DNA of 64,000 nt from Selaginella moellendorffii (taxonomy: Eukaryota > Plantae > Lycopodiophyta), in NCBI RefSeq assembly GCF_000143415.4, contig NW_003314279.1:1226091-1290090 (forward strand). Reading direction: 5' to 3'. The position numbers and the translations under genes were made by a program. The number at the start of each line of letters is the position of its first letter. Positions within the stretch are counted from its first letter, which is position 1. Below, one piece after another: positions 45,899 to 57,428 of the stretch. The notes beneath the pieces are model-generated. The model was not told the DNA's origin and searched no databases. It saw nothing but the letters and a program-made list of their open reading frames with translations.

Positions 45899-47385
45899 CT
45901 AGTAATTGCCCATCCAATGCTGGGCCTTCTGGTGAAAATAAAAATAAAAATTGAACAGTATTTCTCGCCCAGCGCCCAGCTCCTTACAGTAAAATAGTGA
46001 ATTTGTGCGTAAAATGACTCTGGAGAAATGCCAAAACTCTTGGATTCCAGAAGCAGAGGCGTCAACCAAGGACCCTAATTTTTTCCCGCCGGGCCAGCTG
46101 TGGAAGAAATACTGGACACGAGGAATTCACCACCAAGGTACGGTGGTGAGCATCTCTTTGTTCTCCTCTTTTTAGCCAGCTAGCAGCAGTAGGTTTGGTG
46201 GCCAAGTGGAAGTTGTGGAAGTTGTGTAATCAGCTGTGGCTGTGGCCATGGTGTTGCCCAAGTGTGGCTATTGTGTGTAGCTGTGGCCACAAGTGCTTCA
46301 ATTTCTTTGAGTTATGTGCTTTGGCTCATTATTATGGTCATTTGGCTAGCAATAGCACTTGCTCACCTAAGTGCTGATTTTATATAATACTTTTATTTGT
46401 GCTGAGATTACACCAGAAAGTTTTAAAATCATTTTTAAAAATTTAGTAAATAAAACGGATTAAAACACTTTGAGAGATTGATAGAAGTATAGGTTATATA
46501 TGTTTTTTATATTAGTTAAAATAAAAACTGATATTAACACTTATTTATTAATAAATAATATATATTTTTATATGAAAGTCTCTAGGTATTTTTAGTCTAT
46601 CTTTTTCACAAAAACAAAACTATAAAAATACATAAATAAAAAACATAGTGTATCATTTAATTGTAATTATTTATAAGTAGCCCTTAAAATTTATAAATAT
46701 TTCTTAAATATTTAGTATTTTTATCATTGAGATGCTCTCTTTACATTTAATGAATAACCCTTATTTATGTCGTTTTTATATTCATTTAAAAAGGCCAATT
46801 AAAAAATAAAATTTATATAAAATATTTTCAATGAAATTATTTATACTATTTATTTTGTTATTATTTAAACGTAATATATACTAATTTCTGTTATTATACC
46901 AGCTCTTTCATTTAAATATATGAGTAGGAACAGCGACTTTAGCTCTCTTGGGAGATATAGCATGCTCAATAATATTTTTTTATTAAAAAAGTATTTACAC
47001 TTTTCATATGTACCAGTATAAAACTCTTAATGCTATAAAATAGAAATACAGTATATGATAAATAATAAATTTTTAATATTTATTTAAGTTATTAAAATAT
47101 ATTAAAGTGTATATTAATGTTTAAAAAACTATTTATAATATTAAATAGTTTTTTGAAGATAATGTTTTAATTTTATATGAAGGTATTAAGTTTATTTATA
47201 AAAATTAAGAAATTAACCTAAAGTTTTTTAAATATTTCATGGCAAAACTATTTATGTTAAAAATGGCTTGTAAAATAGAATTGTTATAGCTTTATTTTAC
47301 AGAAAAAAATGATTTCCCATGCTAAAAAAATAAAAATCATTTTATAAAAAAATCATATAAAAATCATTTTTATATATTTAAAAGA
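45899..47385 (-). mobile_element. Probable non-autonomous Helitron
   Basis: Minus-strand 3' end has hairpin GCCCA-GCATTGGA-TGGGC followed by AATTACTAG|T; candidate 5' end A|TCTTTTAAATATATAAAA; very AT-rich interior; no TSD. Confidence 0.55.
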
Positions 47386-47412
47386 TATCCCATGCTTTAA
47401 AAAACATCTTCT

Positions 47413-49014
47413 TTATAAATCTGTTTTGTAGGTCACCATGTTAGAAACTAATAAATAGGAGGCTGGGTCTTTAGGAAAGAGTTCCACAATCTTCTTGGCA
47501 ATGCGACTTCCTCGTTCTACATCACCAAGAACTCTACAAGCGCTTAGCAAGCTAGTCCAGGCATGAACATCTGGCAAGAAGGGCATACTCCACATCAAAT
47601 CCTCAGCTTGCTCAAGCTGCTTGGCTCTTCCAAGAGCATCAATCAGGCAGCGGTAGTGCTCGTAGATTGGGGCTACTCCATAGTCACCAATCATTGAGAG
47701 AAAATGCTGCTGAGCCTTGGCTATTCTCCCACCATGGCAACACCCACAGAGAACTCCCAGAAAGGTCACTGAATTTGCTCTCACTCCCTCAAGAACCATC
47801 TCACGGAACAGCTCAAGCGCACGATCATAGAGTCCGCAGTGCGCAGACGCCTGAATAATCGAGCTCCACCCCACAACGTTCCGGACCGGCATCTCGGCGA
47901 ATCTGCACCAAGCCAGCGCCAGATGCCCTTTCCGGGCATATGCAGCCACGATGCTTGTCCACGACATGGCATTTCGAGCCGCCATTCGATCAAAGACCTC
48001 CTGCGCTTTTGCTATCTCGCCGTTCTCTGAAAACGCGTCAATCATCGAGTTCCAGGCCACAATATCGCGCTCGGGAATCGATTCAAACATCTTGGACGCC
48101 TCGAGGACATGCCCGGCGCGGGCATAAGCCGTGAGCATAGCGTTCCACGAAATTAAATTCCTCCCCGGCATAGAATCAAATGTAGACTTGGCAGAGTCTA
48201 CGTCGAGAACAGAGATAAGCATTGTGGTTGTCACCACATTGTGTAGAGGCATCTTGTTAAACAAGATGGTTGCATTGTCAACATACCTATTCTGGGCATT
48301 TGCTGTGATCATAGCGTTCCAGCACGCAGCATCTCGGCCGGGCATCTTTACAAACATCTCCCAAGCACGAACGACATTTCCGCTTGCGCCGTATCCAGTA
48401 AGAAGAGCGGTGGTCGAGACAACATTCCACTCGGGCATCTTCGCCCACACCCGAGACGACTCTTCCGAATGCCCGTTCTGGGCATATGCGGTGATTATTG
48501 CGTTCCAAGCGCCGCAGTTCCGATCCGCAATGGCGAGGAAGATCGCCCATGATTTCTCGACATCGCCGCTCCGCGCGTACAACAGCAGCATCATCGTCCA
48601 GGTGATGGCGTTCTTCCTCTCGGGCATGGCGTTGAAGATGGCAACAGCGGAGGTAGTGTCCCCATTCTCTATGTGCGCGGCAATGAGGATGTTCCAGGAG
48701 AAGGTGTTGGGGCAGCGGATGGAAGCAAACGCGTCCCGGGCATCGCCCAGATTGCCACACTTGCCATACATCTCCACCAGGGCATTCGCGACGAAATGGT
48801 GGCGATGGAGCTGCTGCTGCCCATCGGCGGCGATCCGGGTGTGGAGCTGCTGGCCGCGAGCCAGATCCCTGGCGGCGCCGCAGGATTTGAGCTGCCGGAC
48901 CACATCGATGATCCTCGCGTGATGATGATCACGACGGTCTTGATTTCCTTGCTGTTCTTCCTCCTCCTCGTGAGCTCGAGTAGCAATTGGAGAGGATGAC
49001 GTATGGAGCTCCAT
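47413..49014 (-). CDS. PLS-class PPR protein with E domain (start codon uncertain; overlaps the upstream PPR)
   Basis: ALVEMYGKCG, repeated SWN motifs, EHYRCLIDALGRA..MPFLPDVHAWTSLLSAC. Confidence 0.88.
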   Translation of the reverse strand: MELHTSSSPIATRAHEEEEEQQGNQDRRDHHHARIIDVVRQLKSCGAARDLARGQQLHTRIAADGQQQLHRHHFVANALVEMYGKCGNLGDARDAFASIRCPNTFSWNILIAAHIENGDTTSAVAIFNAMPERKNAITWTMMLLLYARSGDVEKSWAIFLAIADRNCGAWNAIITAYAQNGHSEESSRVWAKMPEWNVVSTTALLTGYGASGNVVRAWEMFVKMPGRDAACWNAMITANAQNRYVDNATILFNKMPLHNVVTTTMLISVLDVDSAKSTFDSMPGRNLISWNAMLTAYARAGHVLEASKMFESIPERDIVAWNSMIDAFSENGEIAKAQEVFDRMAARNAMSWTSIVAAYARKGHLALAWCRFAEMPVRNVVGWSSIIQASAHCGLYDRALELFREMVLEGVRANSVTFLGVLCGCCHGGRIAKAQQHFLSMIGDYGVAPIYEHYRCLIDALGRAKQLEQAEDLMWSMPFLPDVHAWTSLLSACRVLGDVERGSRIAKKIVELFPKDPASYLLVSNMVTYKTDL

Positions 49015-50716
49015 GGCCCGGATCGCACGCCACTGCCCTCCTCGCGGCGTCATCGCCAGATCTTCCATGGATCGAGCACGCCGCCAGCAGCGTCGTCCAG
49101 CTATATGCATCCGGCACAAAGGGCATCGTCTCCACGAGCTCCTCCGCGCGATCCAGGTGATGCGCTCTTCCCAGAAGATCGACCAGGCAGTGGTAGTGCT
49201 GGATCCCAATCCTGACCCCGAAATCGATCTCCGCCCGCGACGCGATGGCCAAGCCCTGCTCGATCATCCCGGCGTGCGCGCACGCCGTGAGCACCGCCAC
49301 GAATGTCACGTCCGTCGCCTCGATCCCCTCGACGCACATCCGCCCAAAGAGATCCAGCGCTACCTGTGGATGCCCGCTTTGGGCATACCCCTGGATCATC
49401 ACAGTCCACGACACTGGATCGCCCTCTACCAAGGAATTGAATTCATGCCTCGTCGCATCGATCGCGCCGCGCTGGGCGAGTGACGCGAGCTGGATGCTCC
49501 ACGACACTGCGTTGTGGCAGGGCATCCGCCCGGCGATTGATCGACAGGAGGAGCTGGAGTGCTGCGCGGCGGATTGGAGCAGCGTGTTCCAGCTGAGCGC
49601 GTTCCTCTCGGGCATGGAATCGAAGATCTCTTTCGCCGCGGCGTGATCCAGCGCGAGGACGTGCCCGTGGATCATTGCCGTGCACGAGACGACGTCCCAG
49701 GCGGGCATTCGATCCAGCGTGTTCTTCGCGGCGGTGCTGTGCCCCAGCCAGGCATAGCCGGAGAGCAAGCACGTCCACGCCAGGGCGTCTCTCTGCGGCA
49801 TCGCATCGAAGAACTCCCTGGCCTCGCGCATCTCTCCATGCGCGGCGTATGCTTGGAGGATCGCCGAGCACGACGCCAGGCTCCACATCGCCATCCTCGC
49901 GAAGAACTCCTTCCCCTGGAGTGGATCCAGCGCGATCATCGTGTTCCAGGACATGACGTTCCTCTCCGGCATGGATCGAAACAAGTCCACTGCTCGCTCG
50001 CGATCGCCCTCTTCCTTGTATCCCGCAAGCAGCGAGTTCCACGAGACAAGATCGTGCAGCGGCATTCGATCGAAGAGCGCCTTGGCTTCGACGATATGCC
50101 CCGACTGGGCATACGTTCCCACCATCGCATTCCACAGCACGGAGTTTCTCTCTGGAGCTCGATCAAACAGCGATCTTGCTTCGGTGTAGGAGCTTGGATT
50201 CTGCAAGAAGGACGTGACGAGCGTCGTCCATGACACGACGCTCCACTGAGGCATCCGGTGGAACGTATCGAGCGAGCCCTGCGTATGCCCGCCGGCGGCA
50301 TACCCGTTGAGGAAAACGTTCCACGAGACGAGGTCTCGCTCTGGGATGTCGTCGAAGACGAGCTTGGAAAGGTGGTGGCTTCCGGAGGAAGAGAAGAATG
50401 CCATGGCCGTGGTCCACGACACGGCGTTCCTGTGTGGCATTGCCTCGAGCGCCACCTTTGCCTTGTGGAGATGCCCGTTGTGGGTATATGACAGGAGGAG
50501 GAAGTTCCACGAGTAGATGTTTCGAGAGGGGATGGCTTGGAAGACGGACTCGGCGTCGTCGAGGCTACCGAGTTTGCCATACATGTCGATGAGGACGTGA
50601 TTCACATACCTGTCAGTGGAGAGCTCGGCACCGATTTTGCGGTGGAGGGATCGCAGCTCCTGCAAAGTGGTGGTGGATTTGAGCAGCTGGGTGAGCGCTG
50701 ATGCTGACAGGATCAT
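48929..50716 (-). CDS. PLS-class PPR protein with E domain
   Basis: LIDMYGKLGSLDDA, repeated PERxxVSWN, HYHCLVDLLGRA..MPFVPDAYSWTTLLAACSIHG. Confidence 0.92.
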   Translation of the reverse strand: MILSASALTQLLKSTTTLQELRSLHRKIGAELSTDRYVNHVLIDMYGKLGSLDDAESVFQAIPSRNIYSWNFLLLSYTHNGHLHKAKVALEAMPHRNAVSWTTAMAFFSSSGSHHLSKLVFDDIPERDLVSWNVFLNGYAAGGHTQGSLDTFHRMPQWSVVSWTTLVTSFLQNPSSYTEARSLFDRAPERNSVLWNAMVGTYAQSGHIVEAKALFDRMPLHDLVSWNSLLAGYKEEGDRERAVDLFRSMPERNVMSWNTMIALDPLQGKEFFARMAMWSLASCSAILQAYAAHGEMREAREFFDAMPQRDALAWTCLLSGYAWLGHSTAAKNTLDRMPAWDVVSCTAMIHGHVLALDHAAAKEIFDSMPERNALSWNTLLQSAAQHSSSSCRSIAGRMPCHNAVSWSIQLASLAQRGAIDATRHEFNSLVEGDPVSWTVMIQGYAQSGHPQVALDLFGRMCVEGIEATDVTFVAVLTACAHAGMIEQGLAIASRAEIDFGVRIGIQHYHCLVDLLGRAHHLDRAEELVETMPFVPDAYSWTTLLAACSIHGRSGDDAARRAVACDPGHGAPYVILSNCYSSSRGGGRTARKSRPS

Positions 50717-53397
50717 CAGTGATCAAAGATTTCCAAGCATCCACATTTTCTTTTTGGTTTTTCCGGATCACACAAGACATCTATATCTTCCAGCTTTCAT
50801 AACCAAAAAAGTTAGTTTTCTGGATCTCATACTTTTTGTAAGATATACTCAAGCACGGTACACATGCCAAGAAAAAAAAAAGAAAAGCTTTTCTTCTCTG
50901 GACTTAATGTTCCTCGTTGGTCCGTGTCACAGGAATAGAAGAAGCAACAGGGATCGCTGGCTGGATGTCGAAAGGGCGATTCAATCAACCCCGTGAACTT
51001 CGTGCTGGGCAAGTTTGTACATTCTGTGTCTTGTTTCGCCAGAGAAATGGTTGGGCTTTCCTTGTTTTCCTCCATAGAAATGATGTTTCGTCCGCAGGAT
51101 CGCCCCAGTCAAAGTTTGCGTTGCGTTTTGTCAATGTTTCCGCACCGTTCACGGAATGACCAGAAAGTATAAAAAAGTAAAGAAGATTTCCACCATACCT
51201 CCTAACTTGGATGTTTCCATCGTGGCAACAGCGCGCACAGCTTGGAGGAGAGTGAATATTAAAGCGTAAGCACTCCATCCATAATTTTCATCTTCTTCTT
51301 CCTTCTTCTTTGCTGTTCTAAGCTTTTCTTTAGTGTTTTACTCGTTGTATCTTTTCTTTGGATTCCTGGCGACTGATGAGAGGGACTTCACGAGTTGTCT
51401 ACATTCTGACTGATGGAGCGAGACCGAATCATCAAACTACTGTTGCCAGATTCTCAAGGTACGCTGCAGTATAATCAATGAACAGCGAAAATCACAGAGA
51501 TGAACAAAGACTTTTCTGATCTTTTTTCGCTTTTCTCCAGCTTTCTATTCAATTCCTTTTGCAGGAGCAGCCCATGTGAAAGATCGACGTGAAAAATGCT
51601 TAGTTTTTACTGCTTTTGATCACTGGCCCTGGGATCAGTCGTTCGGGATGGATCTGTAAAATCGCCGTTGCTTCAGGAACGGAGACGCGCATGAAAGCGA
51701 GACGCCAAGAAACTAGTTTTTTGCTTCCAAATCAGTTTCTAAGAGCTCCAGGCTCACAGATACAAAAAAAACGAAAACAAAACTCCGTCTCTGCCCGGCT
51801 GGCAGCTGCTGCTGCGTTCAGATCTGGATCATGAGTCTCCTCTCCACCATAATGAAAACCGAACAAAACACTCTCGCAATTCGCCGAAGCTTTCATAAAG
51901 AAACTTCTCTTGATCGCGCCCGTACGAGAGGTGTTCTTCCACCGTTGCGATTCTTTTCTTTGTTCTTTCTTTTTGTTGTTGTCTCTCTCTCGCTCTCAGT
52001 CACTCACTCGTCCCCTGGAGTGAATATTTTATGATTTCCTCCCGCCCCGCCCCACCATGCTTGTGCTTTGCTCTCCCCTCGATGTTTCTCGTGCTTGGAG
52101 CTTCCAACTTACTCAAGCGAAAGACTCGGCCGGCGGGCACTGCAGTGCATAAACTAGAGGATTTCTCTCCCCTCCTGCGCGCGTGTTCCTCTTTTCAGTC
52201 GCATACGACTCACGATTTTTCCTTATTTTTTTTGCTTTTGTTTTCTGTTGTTGGTGGTGTAACATTTGCTGAGCTTGCTGCACGGCACCGATCCAGAGAG
52301 CGTAAGGGCATTCATTCAATCCCATACATATGTATACAACTCTCATGTTCTTCCTCCCCAAAGCAGAGAGATCCATCCGGAGCCCGCGTGCTTGTGTGTA
52401 CCTCTCATCCCGGACGAATCGACCACAGAACATCGCACATAGATTATCTGAGAAACCCATTCTTTTTCATGCTTGTCTAGATAGTCCTCTACCCCCATAA
52501 CGTTCTTGCAGAGGGGTACCTTGATTTGATTGATTGGATGGAAACTGGATGAATGGACCATGCTCGAGCCAAGCCATTGTAAGTAGCAAGCGAGGAACAC
52601 CACATCAAACTCAAATCAATCAATTCATCCATGCATCCACCCATCCAACATTTATACCGGCAAACTGTTTGCTCCCAAGCTTTTATAGTAAGAAAAACCG
52701 ATTGAACGTGTGCATGCGTCCCCTGTAATGTAGGTTTAGAAGTTCAGCCCCACTTCTAAGAACCAAAGGGAGAAGGAAGAGAACTTACTTGCCATTGTTG
52801 GTTGGCAACGTAGCCGCCATTTTCCAGCCATTGAGAGCGCTGAGAGGGACGTGCGTGTGGCACTTTGCTAGTCTCCTAGCCCGCTTTAGTGCCTATATAG
52901 AATAGATCAAGATCACAGCAAGGTTCAGTTAAAGAAAAAGCAAGGAGAATCAAAAAGAAATGAAAGAATACCGCTTTGTAACTATGTGCGCAGCAGTAGG
53001 CCAGCGCGCCAGCCAGCAGCTCAATTGACTAGAAAACAAGCATACCAATGATCATCCAACAGCGAAACCAGGCGGACTTGTTTTTGTGGAAGGAGAAACA
53101 AGAGGAGGAAGAAGAAGAAGGGCGCTCGCTACTCTAGGAAGTAAAAGGGGAAAGATATGTGTGTGAATCAACAATGAACACAACACTCTCACACATAAAA
53201 TATGGCTGATCTCTCGCTCTCTCTCCCTCCCTCTGAAATCCCCACAACACACAATGCGGCACGATGAAAGAGGGACGGGAAGAGAGTTTACCGTGCAGGA
53301 AAATCTATGAGATTCTTCGGCTCTCCATGGTGCGAGTCTGGAAAAGAGGGCGCTGCGTTAGTTTTTAGTTGAAGGAAAGGAAGAGATACACTTAACG

Positions 53398-55747
53398 ATG
53401 GGTGTCGTGGAGAGGAGCCGGGAAGTGATGGCAGTCATGGCGCTGCACGAAGCGCTGCGGAATGTGTGTATCAGCTCAGATTGGACTTACTCTGTCTTCT
53501 GGACCATCCGTCCCCGACCGTAAGAGGCAGCTCGCCTTAAGCCCCCTTCTCTCTCTCTCTCTCTCTCTTCTCCTCGTTGTTTCACTGCATTGCTACGTTG
53601 CTTGCTCTGATTCATCTGGCTTTCATCTCCAGGAGGTTGCGAGGCGGACTTGGATGCAAAGCCGGGGACGAAGGGAGCCTGTAAGTTCCACTTCCACATA
53701 TCAGCCTCACCAAAAGAGAAAAGAACGAACTTTGCAAGCCTTACGGTCTTTCTTCGTGTCTCACCTCGTGTCTTCCAGGATGCTCATGTGGGAGGACGGA
53801 TACTGCCGTCCAGCAGGCTGCTGCTCCGGCGACGCAGCCGCTGACAACAAGAACGAGGTGACCACCACCACCACTCCACCACTCGCCGGCAGCATTCACC
53901 GGGTTCACAGCGGCTTCAATCTGGGAGACGATGTGGAGGAGGAGGACCCTGTAAGGAAAGCGTTCAGAAAGATGTCAATCCAGCTCTACAACTATGGAGA
54001 AGGGTGCGTACTTGAAAAGACTCCGCCTTCCAGCTGTGAGGACTCATCTTGTTGCACAGATTGATGGGAAAAGTTGCCTCAGACAAATGCCACAAGTGGG
54101 TGTTCCGGGAGTCTTCCGAGACGGAGGTCGGCCCGCTCAACTACTGGCAAAGCTCCTTCGATTCGGTAAAATCCTCCTCTTCAAACGTTTCTTCTCGGGT
54201 TTATTGTAAGCTCCTCCCCCTTCGCAGCATCCACCCGAATGGATGGACCAATTCTCGGCTGGCATTCAGGTAGCTATCCGGAATTCTCTTTCTTCACGGG
54301 CTCTAAGAACTTTGTATACCATCTCGCAGACCATAGCTGTGATCCAAGCTGGGCACGGACTTCTCCAACTAGGATCCTGCAAGATCGTGAGTATCTCAGC
54401 TCTCCATTGCACGGCATTTTAACGTACCATGAGCCACAGGTTGCCGAGGACCTCCACTTCGTGCTACGGATGAGATACACATTTGAGTCGCTGGAGAACC
54501 AGGCCGGAGGAGGATTTCTCTCCCAGACGTTTGCTCCCATGAGGAACCGGTTCTTCTGCGGGTCTCCAACTGGAGCAGCAGCACCAGCGTCGGCTCTTCC
54601 CTCTCCCGGATGGCAGAACAATCAAGCCGCCTTCTTTCACACGCCTGCTGCTTCGTCTGACTTCCGGCTCAGACTTGGCGTCGCATGCGATCCAGTGATT
54701 CAGCCTGCTGCAAGTGACGATCCCAGCATAGCTTCCCTGAGGTTGTCACTCCAAAACGGCACCAGCACTTTCGACTTTCGAAATGGTACTGTTGTCGACC
54801 AAGATGGAGATACCGTCGTAGCAGCGGGAACCGGTCAGGCATTCGCAGGAATGAAGAGACCCGCTGGTTCGACAGGTGGCGACGTAGCAGCATCTCCGAG
54901 AGGTAACCTTCTGGCCAGAAGAATGCAGTACCAGAACACTAAGGTTGCCACCACGGTCGCCACCACAAACAGTCCGTCCACCAGCTTTCAGGAACTCCTC
55001 CAAACCGGGAGCAGCAATAACAACTTTGCCTTCCATGCGCCACGTCACGAGCACGATACGAGTCTCATGGTTCAGATCCCCCCGGTTATATCATCCGCCT
55101 CGCACAACTCTCCAATGGTAAGTCCCATGATCAGTCCAGGCGGTAGTAACAAACTTCAAAAGACTGGAAATGGCAGTAGCAGCAGCAGCGTGATCCAAGC
55201 CGCTCTTCAGGACGCACTGGAGAGAGCCGCTAGAGGCAACAGCAGCGCTTGCAGCTCTCCACTTTCTGTCCGCCTTTCCAAACTGGCAGCAGAACAGTCT
55301 CAGCAGTACGGTAGTGGTACCACCATCGCTGGCAGTCAATCTGGCGCACCGAAGCCTTTAACCTCAGAAGCTCCTGCTACCACTGCTAGTGCCGCTGCTA
55401 CTCCTGCTGCCACACCTCCACAGCAGCACTCGCATTTCCCACGAAGTCGCCCCGGCACGCCTGCGAGCAAGGATAATTACCACTCGATGAATAATAACAA
55501 TGCTAATGCTTGCCTTGCTGTTGATCACTCTTCAGCCATGCTTGTCACTAATAATGGCGGCGAAAGCAACCATGGCAACGTCAAGCACAGCCAGACGGAG
55601 CAGCGCCCGCTACATATTCCAGCAGCCACTTCGACTTGGGAGAATCTCAAGGAGAGCTGCCTGGACCTCCCAAGAAGAGCACCACCACCACCACCACCAA
55701 CTTCAGGAGATGTATATCCTGAGTTTATGGAAAGTTTCTTTGAGTAA
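53398..55747 (+). CDS. RSS3: RICE SALT SENSITIVE 3-like protein (bHLH-MYC N-terminal domain without bHLH), multi-exon
   Basis: LHEALRNVCISSDWTYSVFWTIRPRP; MLMWEDGYC; KMSIQLYNYGEG|LMGKVASDKCHKWVF; TIAVIQAGHGLLQLGSCKI; EDLHFVLRMRYTFESL. Confidence 0.88.
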
Positions 55748-57428
55748 CTTTAAAAGTAAAGTGACTGCCGCGCTTCTCGAGCAAAGTTGCTGCCGCTGGC
55801 AAGTAAAATAACCTCTGTGTATGTGTCGGTGTTGTTCTTAAATTTGCAAGGAGCTCTCCCGGAGCCGACGAAGTGCAATAAAGTCGCCAGCCAGCAGAGG
55901 GCCTCGAATTCAAGCAGCACTTGAATGCATGTGAACCAAAATGGCAAAGCAGAATCCGCCTTCGTCAAAAAAAGTCGTCTCGTTCTTCCCGCATTATCCA
56001 CCCATCAGTTTCACTGCTTTCGGACGGATCCTGCAACCTCTCTGCTGCTCTCTGCTACGAGCTTGGTCGGTTGCTGCTTTCAGTTTGATAATTGAAGTGG
56101 CAACATATATCATGAGGCCACAAGGCTGCTACCGCTGCTGCTGCTGCTGCTGCTGCCTGCTGGCTTCTGGCTGCATGCATCCATCGGCTGCCTGTTGCTG
56201 CTGCCCGATCCTGGCAGGGGTCCTAACTGACGTGCAGTTAGTGCCCAAAGGGCCAAACTTCTGCAAAAGCGATGCAAATAATACGTGTCTGCTTGTGTTC
56301 ACTTCTGTTGATAAGTCATCGTCCAATAACCTCTCTGCGCTCGTTTGACAAATCTTCCTGCAGCTGGTCACGCAGTGAGCCGAGAGCGGTAACAATTAGC
56401 AGAGCAAAATCAGCGCCAGAACGGAGAACTTGCTACCTTTGCCGACGCCGAAACACTTTCTTATTGCTTTCACTTCAAGCCTGAATAGACAAAAGCGAAA
56501 AAGCCTTGTTTCAGTATTCTACTAAGCAAGTCAACTGAATTTGCAGTGTCACTTTGTCTCCACCTAATAGCATAAAGACGAGAGCACACTTACGTGACTG
56601 GTTTCCCTCGGGACGCACATCACGCATCACTCTCCTCCGTTGTCCATCCAAATCCATCAAGTCAGGGTAATCGCTTCAGACAACTCCCCTTCAACAAAAG
56701 AGGAAGGATGGAGGGAGGTGAGGTCCTGCACAAGAGGCCAGTGAGCTTCATGACAAAAGCTCACTAATAAGCTGTACGCATGGTACCTCGTTGGGAAGTG
56801 GACTCGGGTATATAGCGCATTTGTCTCTCTGCGGCACACCTCTTAGTGCTAGATGACACTGCTCCTTGTCGCCTAGCTTTGGCCTGATACTGGGAAATGG
56901 TGTTAAAAAGCAAAAGCAGATTCGACGCATTCTCGAGAGGTTTGAGTGGAGTGTCTTACTTATCTTCGTCAGGGAATCAATCGCGCGAACAAAAATCTTG
57001 CGCTCAGCACTACCGCTCCAAAAGAACACGAGATAACGATACTCTGGAACAAAAACAAAAGGTTGCTTTGGATTACAATAAAACTGGACCTGTCTGTACA
57101 TACATAAGCAAGGGGAGTGAGATTTGTTTACGGAACAAAACAAGCTCACTCCCACCCTGATGAAATCCATCATTGCACTCAGTATGCGTTCTTTGTTTTT
57201 TCGTTTTTTCCTGTCTTGCACAACAGCCAGCTAGCTGAAATGCATCGTCTTGTTAATGTACAAACTACCTAGGAGGTGAAGAAGAATCAAACGCAGGCAA
57301 ACAAGCGCTGGAATGGAATGCTGCAATGCCATGTGAGTAACGACACTCAATAGCCAGCCAGGGAATCAAGAAGACGAAAAAAAAACGAAAAAGAAAACGA
57401 GAAAGAGAAAAGAGCAAGCATTAGGAAG

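Noticed and set aside
50827-52730. Short ORFs and splice-like signals between the PPR and RSS3-like genes
   Set aside because: I could not build a coherent frame, recognise a family, or find a convincing miRNA hairpin
55900-57220. Possible small minus-strand gene with a poly-Q/CTG tract
   Set aside because: Exon-like pieces exist, but there is no recognisable homology or consistent model
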